From an uncultured bacterium (GTDB lineage: Bacteria; Patescibacteriota; Minisyncoccia; Phycocordibacterales; Zambryskibacteraceae), in the NCBI GenBank assembly GCA_963789635.1, contig CAWBLF010000001.1, forward strand, positions 59,568-123,567: 64,000 bases of DNA. Direction: 5' to 3'. Made by a program: the position numbers and the translations under genes. Under the pieces are notes generated by a model. The model did not search any database, had not been told where the DNA came from, and worked only from the letters and a program-made list of their open reading frames with translations. Of the stretch, positions 9,871-19,020 are shown in pieces (position 1 is the first letter of the stretch; each line of letters opens with the position of its first letter).

Positions 9871-10527
9871 ATGCGAAAGGTTACTTTTTCAGAAAATGAG
9901 TTCTACCATATTTATAATCGTGGGGTAGACAAAAGAATCATTTTTTCAGACGAAACTGATATTGGTAGGTTTTTTGAAAGTATGAGTTTCTTTAACACAA
10001 CAGACACAATGGGAAGTCTGCGCGACAAACACCATCCGACAAAAAATCTCAGGAGCCCAGCTCCTGAGACAAAGCTTGTTGAATTTACTGCATATTGCCT
10101 AAATCCAAACCATTATCACTTCATATTAAGACAAGTAGCAGAAAAGGGAATTGAGAAATTCATGCACAAACTGGGAACAGGATACACGAATTACTTTAAT
10201 ATAAAAAACAAAAGAACTGGTTCATTATTTCAGGGGAGATTCAAGGCAATTCACATTGACTCAAACGAATACCTTTTACATTTAAGCGCGTATGTGAATT
10301 TGAATAACTTGGTACACAAACTAGAAAATTCAACGCTAGTAAAAATCAGGTCGAGTTTTGGTGAATACGTAGGAACAAACACCAATAGCATTTGTGAAAA
10401 GGATATTGTGTTAAGTCAATTTTCAAACAAAGAAGAGTATTGCAAATTTGCAAACAATGCCCTTGAAAATATTCTTGAAAGAAAGGACGAATTAAAGGAA
10501 ATTTCTAATTATTTACTTGAACAATAA
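9871..10527 (+). CDS. IS200/IS605-type Y1 (HUH) transposase-like protein, REP-associated tyrosine transposase (RAYT)-like
   Basis: FYHIYNRGVDKRIIF, HUH motif NPNHYHFIL, GTGYTNYFNIKNKRTGSLFQGRFKA, and YLLHLSAYVNLN (candidate catalytic Tyr). The gene is bracketed by identical hairpins. Confidence 0.75.
   Translation: MRKVTFSENEFYHIYNRGVDKRIIFSDETDIGRFFESMSFFNTTDTMGSLRDKHHPTKNLRSPAPETKLVEFTAYCLNPNHYHFILRQVAEKGIEKFMHKLGTGYTNYFNIKNKRTGSLFQGRFKAIHIDSNEYLLHLSAYVNLNNLVHKLENSTLVKIRSSFGEYVGTNTNSICEKDIVLSQFSNKEEYCKFANNALENILERKDELKEISNYLLEQ
10047..10069. repeat. REP-like hairpin copy 2, inside the RAYT-like coding sequence
   Basis: TCTCAGGAGC-cca-GCTCCTGAGA. It has the same core as the flanking hairpins, with CC and GG removed symmetrically from the two arms. 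Translated in-frame as NLRSPAPETK. Confidence 0.7.
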
Positions 10528-10530
10528 AAT

Positions 10531-10562
10531 CATCTCCCAGGAGCTCAGCTCCTGGGAGATGA
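10531..10562. repeat. REP-like hairpin copy 3 (3' flank of RAYT-like gene)
   Basis: CATCTCCCAGGAGC-tca-GCTCCTGGGAGATG: a 14-bp perfect stem located 4 nt after the stop codon. Confidence 0.8.
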
Positions 10563-10572
10563 TGGGGTAAAA

Positions 10573-11392
10573 ATGAAAACATATTTTCAAAAAAAGAAGT
10601 CACTCGGACAAAATTTTCTTAGAAGTACGGCTGTCGTGCGTAAAATGGTGAAAGCTGGAAAGGTCAAAGCCGGTGACACGGTTTTAGAAATTGGCCCAGG
10701 CAAAGGGATCCTGACAAGGGTGCTTCTTGATGCCAGAGCAAATGTCGTGGCTGTTGAAAAAGATGACCGACTGGTTCCCGATACTAAAAAAAACGTTTGA
10801 AAAAGAAATCGCTTCTGGGCAAATCATTATAATTCACGGGGATATTTTAAATATTGAAGTAAAAAAAATACTCGGAAGCCGAGCTTCCAAATATAAGGTG
10901 GTCGCCAATATTCCTTACTACATTACAGGTCAGCTGTTTAGAATTTTCTTAGAAAGTGAAAACCAGCCCGTGACCATGGTGGTGCTTGTACAAAAAGAGG
11001 TGGCACAAAGAATCGTAGCTAGCGATAACAAAGAAAGTATTTTATCGATGAGTGTAAAAGCATACGGCACTCCAAAAATAGTTCAGAAGGTCAACAGAAA
11101 ATTATTTAATCCGGAACCAAACGTCGATTCTGCAGTACTGCTTGTCACTGATATTTCAAAAAGTTTTTTCGGAGATATTTCTGAAAATGAATTTTTTGAA
11201 ATTGTAAAAAAAGCTTTTTCGCAGAAGAGAAAGCAACTAGGAAAATCGCTGAAAAGTATGCTTGGTGAAAATGCTCAAAAAATATTTGAAATGAGTAATA
11301 TAAAGAGCTCCGAGAGACCAGAAAAACTTAAAACGAAAGATTGGAAAAAACTTGTTTTAGCTTGTGGCAACCTGATCCATAAGGCCCATTGA
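10573..11392 (+). CDS. rsmA: 16S rRNA (adenine1518/1519-N6)-dimethyltransferase RsmA/KsgA, interrupted by one +1 frame change near 10780
   Basis: ORF 10573..10800 gives KKSLGQNFL...VLEIGPGKGILT...VVAVEKDDRLVP. ORF 10727..11392 continues ILKKTFEKE...IHGDIL...VANIPYYITGQL. The join ...DDRLVP|ILKKTF matches the family pattern (B. subtilis DQRLLPILKDTL). Confidence 0.85.
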
Positions 11393-11795
11393 CGGCAAAG
11401 GTAGACAAGCGGTACCGACATACATCATGCAGGATCCAACGTCGGGAACATAAGTGCCCAACTCCCAAGTGAGAGGGATAGTGATTTTGTAATTTTTATA
11501 CAGGGTTGTGCGTGCCGGCGAATATACCAAAGCGCCAACAATCTTAAGGTTCACGCCGACTGTAGCGTTTACCGATGAGCCAACAATAGGAAGAGTAATG
11601 CTGTAGAAAAGAGGTGTATACCAAATCCAAAAAGAACCCGGACTGCAAGTACATGGGAGAGAGTAGCTCTGACGTCCTCCGAATCCTGAGTGGGTCAGCG
11701 CCTGAGCATTATGTATCGGTACAAATAACGAAATCAACGTCAGCAATAAAATAACGTTTAGAAAGCTGAGGATGATTGAAAATTATTTTTTTCAT
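11357..11795 (-). CDS. Small secreted hypothetical protein (start region needs one frame correction)
   Basis: The ORF 11357..11746 starts at TTG inside a signal-peptide-like stretch. ATG at 11795 plus removal of one T from a T4 run gives MKKIISIILSFLNVILLLTLISLFVPIHNAQA, a canonical signal peptide. Confidence 0.55.
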
Positions 11796-12903
11796 TGTTG
11801 AGTGTTTCTTATCTGCATAAGGTAACCTGTCCTGTCAACTCCACTCGAATTTTGAACAGTGAGCCACAGAGGGAAAGGGTTCATCCGCAATACTTCCTTC
11901 TATTTTACTAATAAACGGAAAGGAGGAAATGCGAAACAACAATTGTCTTACCGTCTTTTGAGGCCATGTTATCAACTGTTCCTAATGTTGAATAAATATT
12001 GTTGCCGGTGGTGGAAAAATTATCTCCGCTGATGGTAATGGTGCCAGAAGTTGGCGTGCTTGTCGGACTTACAGAAGTTATCTGTGGCTCTGGTTGCGGG
12101 TTGTTTGTAATTATGAAACTGATCGAGTTTTGAATATTACGACTTGAGCCATTTGAATTTGTAACCCACACTTCGTAATTTCCTGGGGTTAAAGAACTGG
12201 GCAAGACGACAGTAATGATAGAACCATCAGAACTTTTTAAATTTGGGACAAAGGAAGTCGGTCCGATAAAAACTGTATTGGTCGAATCGAGATTAAAAGA
12301 TGCGCCGTGCAATGTAATCGTGCTGTTTGGCATGGTTTGATACGGATCAACAAAAAATAGCTGTGGTGAGGGGTCTGGTTTTGGCAAAATCGCCGGACCG
12401 GTAAAGGAAAATCCTGAAAATATTCCTTGAGAAATTTGGCTTGGAATCTGATCCTGAACCAATGTGGAAAATGGGTTTGTTGGGACACTGTTTGTTTGGC
12501 TGGAAGTCGCGGGGAGCAAGTTCTTCACGGAGCCTGCGGATGTTTGGCTCGATGGCGCGTGGGACGACAAACTTTCCAGTTTTGCTCTGGTTCTTTCACC
12601 GACATATCCAGTACCTGAATAAAGACCGGACGGCGCCAAAATGTCGTTTGAGTATAATTCCTGAAATCTAATTACTGCATTTTGGGTCACGGGACCAAAA
12701 TAGTCTGTCTCGTTCCCGGGTGAGCCAGGGCCTGTTTGGGTCAATCTGGTAGCAGTATTTTCGTTAAGAGTTACCTGAAGTGAACGCACATCTGCGCCGA
12801 CATCTCCAAGTTTCAAGTCGCGTGAAAAAGTTTCGGCATTGGCAAAAGTAAAAGCGCCCATAAACAAAACCAAAAGCATGAGGAAAATATTGAACTTTTT
12901 CAT
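11792..12903 (-). CDS. Secreted protein with peptidoglycan-binding (PG_binding_1-like) domain and IPT/TIG-like repeats; C-terminus needs two +1 frame corrections
   Basis: Signal MKKFNIFLMLLVLFMGAFTFANA and PG-binding-like LKLGDVGADVRSLQVTLN...YFGPVTQNAVIRFQELY. Repeats read ITSVSPTSTPTSGTITISGDNF. The ORF track stops at 11908, but shifted frames continue ...ISSFPFISKIEGSIADEPFP / LWLTVQNSSGVDRTGYLMQIRNTQQ* to TGA 11792-11794. Confidence 0.65.
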
Positions 12904-12993
12904 ACACCCCAATTATATAGAATATTTGCCGGCCTACATAGGGAGTATATAAAACCAAAAAAATTAGAGCAATAATTTGTTATACTTTAGCCA

Positions 12994-13830
12994 ATGAACA
13001 GCCCGCGACGTGTCTTGCCGTCAAAGCGCCTTTATTTATTTTTCATTCCGGTTATTCTCGGACTGATTATTTTTGCGGTATACCAAAATAGTCAAATAAA
13101 TGTCGCCAACTCAAACAACCAAAATCAACTTACATCTATAGTAGATTCCAATAATTCAACATCGCCAGGAAATATTCCGTACGGTGAAATTTCTTCAAAC
13201 AATGGGACAGCGAGTGTCGCTACTACCACTTTCACCGAACAGATAGCACAAAAACTTTATTTAGGCTCTTTGTCGCTACAACAAAACGGTGCCGATAACT
13301 TGGGTAATTTTCAGAATTTGATATTGAGTACGGCAAACGATGTTCTGGCAAGCTCAACAAATAACACATATACCAGCAATGATTTAAATATCATTCCGGC
13401 ACCATCCGGAATCACGGCTTTTCTTTCTTTTGCAAATGCTTTTTTGCTCAAATCCAATCAAGTAAACCGTGATGTGCAAACCATTGGCATAATCGGAAAC
13501 TTGGCGGATCCGACGGCTCCTTATTTTGGTGAAACAATGGTAGCTGTATCAAAAACATACAAAAATTTCACCAGTGATTTACTACTAATAGCTGTGCCTC
13601 AAGAAATTGTGGAACCATATTTACTTTTAATAAATAACTACGCCAGTTTGGCAGAAGATTATGCGGGTGTCGGGGCTGAAAATGTAGATCCCTTGCTTTC
13701 TGTGGTTGCCATAAACAGAATTAAGAGTGATGAAGCAAAACAACAAACTATTGCCCAAACTTTAGGTAATTATCTCCAAACCCACGGAGTTGTTTATTCA
13801 AGTAAACTTGGTAAATACATTTTAAAATGA
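12994..13830 (+). CDS. Hypothetical N-terminally anchored extracytoplasmic protein
   Basis: 278-aa ORF with the TM segment LYLFFIPVILGLIIFAVY and an Asn/Ser/Thr-rich ectodomain. No family was recognised. Confidence 0.55.
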   Translation: MNSPRRVLPSKRLYLFFIPVILGLIIFAVYQNSQINVANSNNQNQLTSIVDSNNSTSPGNIPYGEISSNNGTASVATTTFTEQIAQKLYLGSLSLQQNGADNLGNFQNLILSTANDVLASSTNNTYTSNDLNIIPAPSGITAFLSFANAFLLKSNQVNRDVQTIGIIGNLADPTAPYFGETMVAVSKTYKNFTSDLLLIAVPQEIVEPYLLLINNYASLAEDYAGVGAENVDPLLSVVAINRIKSDEAKQQTIAQTLGNYLQTHGVVYSSKLGKYILK

Positions 13831-13944
13831 GTGGATTTTAAGTGAATGTGGCTAGCTATCTGTTTGTTTGTTGAAAACTTAATATAACCTGATTAACTCG
13901 TGATACAATTATCCTATAAGTATTATCTATATTTTCCAATAAAA

Positions 13945-15688
13945 ATGGGTAAGGAGAAAAAACTTAATAAAAGAAGAATCCTCATCGGCTGTATGGCTCT
14001 GTTTATTTTTCTGAGCGCGTCTTGGCCAACCGTTTCCCATGCGTTATTAGTTTGCAATGGTCTTCCTCCTGCTTCGGTCGGTTCAGCGGTAGGTACTGCA
14101 CAGGGGCAGTCGGTATTGGCGGTACCGTACCGGTCGCAGAGTCCGGACCTGTTAAGAATCTAATAACACAGGTCTGCGGGGATACAAATACCGTTTCAAT
14201 TGATACTACATTACAAAAAAATAAAAATGTTTCAATCGCTCCAAATATTTGTTTGTTTAATTTCTGCGCACCACCGTTACCCGCCCCATCTCCTACAGGA
14301 AGCTGGGATTCGTGGGCTTACTTTGCGGCACAAACTGCGCTTCGAGCAATGACAAATCAAATCGATAGCTATATTAATCAGAGTAATAAGGGAGGACCAG
14401 CTTTTGCGACTGATCCGGAACAATTTTTCCAACAAGATGCTGATAATGTAGCCATGGCTTTTATCAATAGCGCTCAAAATGCTGCTCTTGCACCAGGAGC
14501 TGCCCCCTATCAATCACAGGTAAACACAGCAGTTTTTCAAAATTATTCGGATAGTCGGCTTGTTTCAGCTAGCACTACGGGAGATAGAACTCCGTACCTG
14601 GCAAGCAATCCATTGTCTGGAACAACTCAAAGTCAACAAGCTTTTCTAAATGGAGATTTTAGTCAGGGTGGCTGGGACCAATGGTATGCTATGACACAAA
14701 ATGGAGGCAACGCTTATTCTGCTACTATCGATGCTCAAACTCAGTTAAGCACAAGGGTACAAACTTCACAACAGACACAACAATCGTTATTGAACTGGGC
14801 AAATGGTTTCATTGGCAAATCAATATGTATAGAAAAGGATGACAACGGTAACTGCACCAAAAACGGGCCGGTGCTTACTCCGGGTTCAACAATCGCAACA
14901 GAGCTGAGCTCAAGACTTGCAAACACTACTGGTGCATTGGAAAATGTTCACAACTGGAATGAGCTGCTGGTCCAGGTTTTTTCTACGATAGTGGACAAAG
15001 CAATATCAGGAGGGGGTCTTTTTACCAGTAGTCGCAACCAGCCAACCTCGGAAAACCTTCAACGGGAAACTCGAACGGTTCAAGCCTACGTTCCAACAAT
15101 GACACTGCTCGGAGATAATCCGATGACATTAATAGTGGGACAGCTATCAGGAACCGGGATATTCGGCCACAGACCCCAACGATGGATTAATTACCAACAG
15201 GTTGTCGTTACTGGTCCATTCCGCAATAATCTAATCCCCAAGCCGGGTCATCTGTCACCATTACGTACACCGTCACAGACTCTTCCGGGTTGACGGCCAC
15301 CCAAACAAGAACTGTCAATGTAATCTCGGCGACAAACCCGACATCTCCGTCGACACCCGGTAGTGTGCCTATAATTACTTTAATCGGGTCTGCAACAATA
15401 AATCTGACTGTTGGTGCCACCTTTACTGATCCGGGGGCAATAGCGGTGGATGTTGATGGCAGTAATATTAGCGGAAGCATAGTCGTGTCTGGGACAGTCC
15501 CGACAGACGCCAACGGAATCACCACCACGGCCGGAAGCTACACTCTGACATACAACGTTACTGACGCCAACGGACTTAGCGCCACGACGGTCACAAGAAT
15601 TGTGAACGTTTCTCAACCGACAAATGGTACCGGTAATACTGGCGGAGTAGGTAGCGGTGGAACTGCGGGTGGAAATGCGACTCAATAA
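13945..15688 (+). CDS. Large secreted protein with C-terminal Ig-like (DUF5011-type) repeats; broken into three ORFs by at least four frame changes
   Basis: ORFs 13900..14163, 14022..15293 and 15290..15688 read through as one protein. Features: signal/TM ILIGCMALFIFLSASWPTVSHA, a Gln/Asn/Ser-rich body, then PTMTLLGDNPMTLIVG..SYQEPGYSATDPNDGLITN..VVVTG...GSSVTITYTVTDSSGLTATQTRTVNV and a second repeat PIITLIGSATINLTVGATFTDPGAIAVDVDGSNISGSIVVSGTV...GSYTLTYNVTDANGLSATTVTRIVNV. Confidence 0.65.
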
Positions 15689-15691
15689 AAA

Positions 15692-18019
15692 ATGAGTAAA
15701 TTTAAAAAAATAATTCCATATGTGCTGATACTTACTGCGCTAGTGGGGTTGTTTAGCCCTGCATCGGGCACAGTTCCGCAAGCATATGCGGCCCCTATAT
15801 TGGGAAGCTGCAAATTAGCCAATGGTACCGTCACCCTAAATGTGACTGATGCTGCTTGCTTCCAGCTAACATCAGCCAACCCAGTTCCATGGACCGCAAA
15901 CGGGTCACCTGCCGGTCAATATGGTTACACGTTTAGTTCAACTACCGACAATAGTAATAGTGGATTTTGTGGCCATTGGGGCGCTGGCACCATATGTGCT
16001 GCTTTCGCCGACTTACTAATGATTCCTATGATTCTTACCAGCTGGGTGTTGTGGCTTGGCGGGGTGGTACTTAATCTTGTCCTCAATTACACTGTCACCA
16101 ATTTGGCAGGGAACATACAAGCAATTAGCGGTATAAGTCTTGCTTGGTCAACCATACGCGATCTATTTAATATTTTGTTTATATTTATCCTCTTGTATGT
16201 AGCCATAGGCACCATTATCGGAATGGAAAAAGTGAATTGGAAAAAGACTCTTACTAGCGTGGTCATCGCAGTCATATTCATAAATTTCAGTATGTTTTTT
16301 ACTGAAATAATAATAGATGCTTCTAATGTTGTAACTCTTGGTTTTTATAACCAAATAGTGCCGTCGGCGTCGGTCTTAACCGGATTATCAAATGCGATAA
16401 TGCAACCATTGGGCTTGAACACTTTATGGCACCCTTCGCAAGGAAGCGATCTGCTCCATAATTTGGGGGATAGTTTATCAAAAGTGGCCGTGGTGTCCCT
16501 AGGCAGTTCGGCATTTTTTATTGTAACAGCGTTTGTGTTTGTTGCTGTGGCAATTATGTTTATTGTCAGATTTGTGACATTCATATTTCTACTGATTTTG
16601 TCGCCAATAATGGTAATGGGCTCTGTCTTGCCTCGTTTGGGAGCACAATCTGCCAAATGGTGGAAACAGCTTTTCGGGCAAGCAATATTTGCTCCGCTTT
16701 TTATGATTATGATTTGGGTAGTGCTAACCATTATTAATTCGCCGGCTTTCTTTTGTCCAGGAGGAAATATGACTGCCATTTTCACAGGAGCAGTGAACGC
16801 CCCTGCCGCCACCGCCAATGCCGTTTCCAGTGGCGCAGTGGGTAGCGCTTGTGCCGGAGGAAACATTGGGCTGATTATGAACTACATTATTGTCATATCT
16901 TTCATTATTGGAGCGCTAACCATTTCAAAAGAAGTCTCCGAACAAGGCGGTAGCGCAGCGCAAAAAATTGTCGGTGGCGCACTCGGTTTTGGAGCCGGAG
17001 CCGTCGGTTATGCAGGAAGGAGAACAATTGGGACTGCCGGCAGAGCGTTGTCTGATAATGAAAAATTGAAAGAAACCGCTTCTAAAAAAGGGCTTACTGG
17101 ATTGGCATCGCGAATGGCTCTTAAGGGCGGTCAGAAAGCGGCCGCAGGAAGTTTTGATGCTCGCTCAAGCAGGTTTGCAGGCATGGGTAAATCTCTGGGA
17201 GTGGGAGATCTGGGTATCGGTGGCAAAGCCGGTGGAAAGGGTGGATATGATGCGTACACGAAAAAGAAAGCTGAGGATATAAACAAGTTTGCCAACTCTC
17301 TCAAACCTTCGGATATAGAAATTGATGCGGCACAACAAGCGGTTAAAAATACTAAGGAGGGGACTCCTGAAAGAGCCGCTGCTCAAGCAAGACTTGATAA
17401 GCTCAAAGGGGTATCAAAAAATGAAGTAATAAATAGGATCCAAAATGAAAAAAAGGCAAAAATAAAGGAAGCAACCGAAGCGTCTGGGCTTAATGAAGCT
17501 CAACAAAAAGAAAAGGAGCTACAGGATGAAGTGGCAAAACTACAAAAAGAAATAGACACAACTATACTTCCAGAATTAAAATCTCAAAAAGAAACCGAAT
17601 TAAAAACAATTAAGGAAAACCTCGCGACTCAGACAAAAAAACGGGAGGATATTGAAAATAGTCTTAACGAGCAAACAAAAACAATCAACGCTAACTATGC
17701 TAACCAGGAAAGTAATGCAAAGGAAATATCGAGCGCAGAAAAAAATAGAAAGGAAAGTTACGCAAGCGTAATATCAAAACCTGGAATAATCAGCACATAT
17801 CGAGTTGGGTTTGTTGGTAAAGTAAGAAAACAAAACTTACAAGCCGCCGCTCAAATGAGAGGTGCGGGGGGCAAAACCGATGAACAAAAATTTGTTGATA
17901 TGGCAATAAAATTAAATAAGAAAAAAATCGAGGAGAAAAGTGAGGAAGATAAAGAAGAAACTGGGAAGGATGAACCAACGCCAACAACTCCCCCCACAAA
18001 ACCAGAACCAACCACGTAA
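15692..18019 (+). CDS. Polytopic membrane protein with Lys/Glu-rich coiled-coil tail (VirB6/TrbL-like candidate of the T4SS-like cluster)
   Basis: 775 aa with a signal peptide, about 8 hydrophobic segments (ILTSWVLWLGGVVLNLV..., FIFILLYVAIGTII, VVIAVIFINFSMFFTEIII, etc.), then a KEA/KKE-rich C-terminus ending in PTPTTPPTKPEPTT. The assignment rests on architecture and context only. Confidence 0.5.
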   Translation: MSKFKKIIPYVLILTALVGLFSPASGTVPQAYAAPILGSCKLANGTVTLNVTDAACFQLTSANPVPWTANGSPAGQYGYTFSSTTDNSNSGFCGHWGAGTICAAFADLLMIPMILTSWVLWLGGVVLNLVLNYTVTNLAGNIQAISGISLAWSTIRDLFNILFIFILLYVAIGTIIGMEKVNWKKTLTSVVIAVIFINFSMFFTEIIIDASNVVTLGFYNQIVPSASVLTGLSNAIMQPLGLNTLWHPSQGSDLLHNLGDSLSKVAVVSLGSSAFFIVTAFVFVAVAIMFIVRFVTFIFLLILSPIMVMGSVLPRLGAQSAKWWKQLFGQAIFAPLFMIMIWVVLTIINSPAFFCPGGNMTAIFTGAVNAPAATANAVSSGAVGSACAGGNIGLIMNYIIVISFIIGALTISKEVSEQGGSAAQKIVGGALGFGAGAVGYAGRRTIGTAGRALSDNEKLKETASKKGLTGLASRMALKGGQKAAAGSFDARSSRFAGMGKSLGVGDLGIGGKAGGKGGYDAYTKKKAEDINKFANSLKPSDIEIDAAQQAVKNTKEGTPERAAAQARLDKLKGVSKNEVINRIQNEKKAKIKEATEASGLNEAQQKEKELQDEVAKLQKEIDTTILPELKSQKETELKTIKENLATQTKKREDIENSLNEQTKTINANYANQESNAKEISSAEKNRKESYASVISKPGIISTYRVGFVGKVRKQNLQAAAQMRGAGGKTDEQKFVDMAIKLNKKKIEEKSEEDKEETGKDEPTPTTPPTKPEPTT

Positions 18020-18039
18020 TTGTCAGTAACAAAAAAACT

Positions 18040-18626
18040 ATGGACCAAACGAACAGATAATAGAAGAACAAATAGAAAATGCCCCGCCAGAGATTAGAAA
18101 TTTTCTGGCAGATGATAGTTGGCGAAAAACGGTTGCTGATATCGCTCAAAAAAATAATCTTTCTCCGGAACAAGCGGTGTCACTTGAAAACGAAATACTA
18201 TTTGTACTGCTTGCGATGGAACTAAGGACGGATCTTCAGAAAAACATCACTAATAGTGTTGGCCCTTCAAAAGAAATTGCAAATTCAATTGCTAATGAAT
18301 TGAACTTGCGTGTATTTGGCGGTATTACAGAGTGGCTTCCCACAGAATTCGAAGAAGGCCCCGTCCCAAACAAACCACAAACACTAGACCAAGCGGAACT
18401 CGTGGGCGCCACAGATGTCTTGACCACCCCCAATCTGCCAAACGATGCCACTGTGGAGGAAACTCCTTCGTATAAAACTACAGCGCTTGATGAAAAAATA
18501 AATCCGTTAATAGGGACTCCAGGAGAAAAGGTGAATTGGGAACAGAGAAAACAACAAGTCGCGAACAAAATAGTCAGTGGTAGCAATTACGGAGAAAATG
18601 ATCCGTATAGGGAACCAATTAAATAG
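18040..18626 (+). CDS. Hypothetical protein (start region needs one frame correction)
   Basis: The frame of ORF 18177..18626 is open back to 18030 and encodes coherent sequence (NEQIIEEQIENAPPEIRNFLADDSWRKTVADIAQKNNLSPEQAVSLENEILFVLL...). The only nearby ATG (18040) lies in a different frame. Confidence 0.5.
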
Positions 18627-18657
18627 ATTTTAGAAGTTAGACATTAGATGTTAGTAA

Positions 18658-19020
18658 ATGCAACCAAAATACAAATCATTCAAAGACCTGATCGTTTGGC
18701 AGAAAAGTAAAAACTTGGTAATACTGGTGTACAAACTTACCTCTTCTTTTCCAAAAGAGGAGGTGTATGGTATAACTTCTCAAATCCGAAGATGTGCCGT
18801 GTCCATTCCTTCCAATATCGCAGAGGGTAGTATGCGTGGTACTCAAAAAGACTTTAAACATTTTTTGAAAATGGCTCTTGGTTCAGCCGCCGAACTTCAA
18901 ACCCAAATTGATATTGCAAAACTATTATTATTTGGGAAGAAAGAGGATTATAATGGGATAGAGAAATTGACTGAAGAAGTTATCAAGATGCTTCATGGAT
19001 TATCTGGAGCAATTAACTAG
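18658..19020 (+). CDS. Four-helix-bundle protein (23S rRNA intervening-sequence protein family)
   Basis: FKDLIVWQKSKNLVILVYKLTSSFPKEEVYGITSQIRRCAVSIPSNIAEGS...FLKMALGSAAELQTQIDIA, the family hallmark. Confidence 0.85.
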   Translation: MQPKYKSFKDLIVWQKSKNLVILVYKLTSSFPKEEVYGITSQIRRCAVSIPSNIAEGSMRGTQKDFKHFLKMALGSAAELQTQIDIAKLLLFGKKEDYNGIEKLTEEVIKMLHGLSGAIN

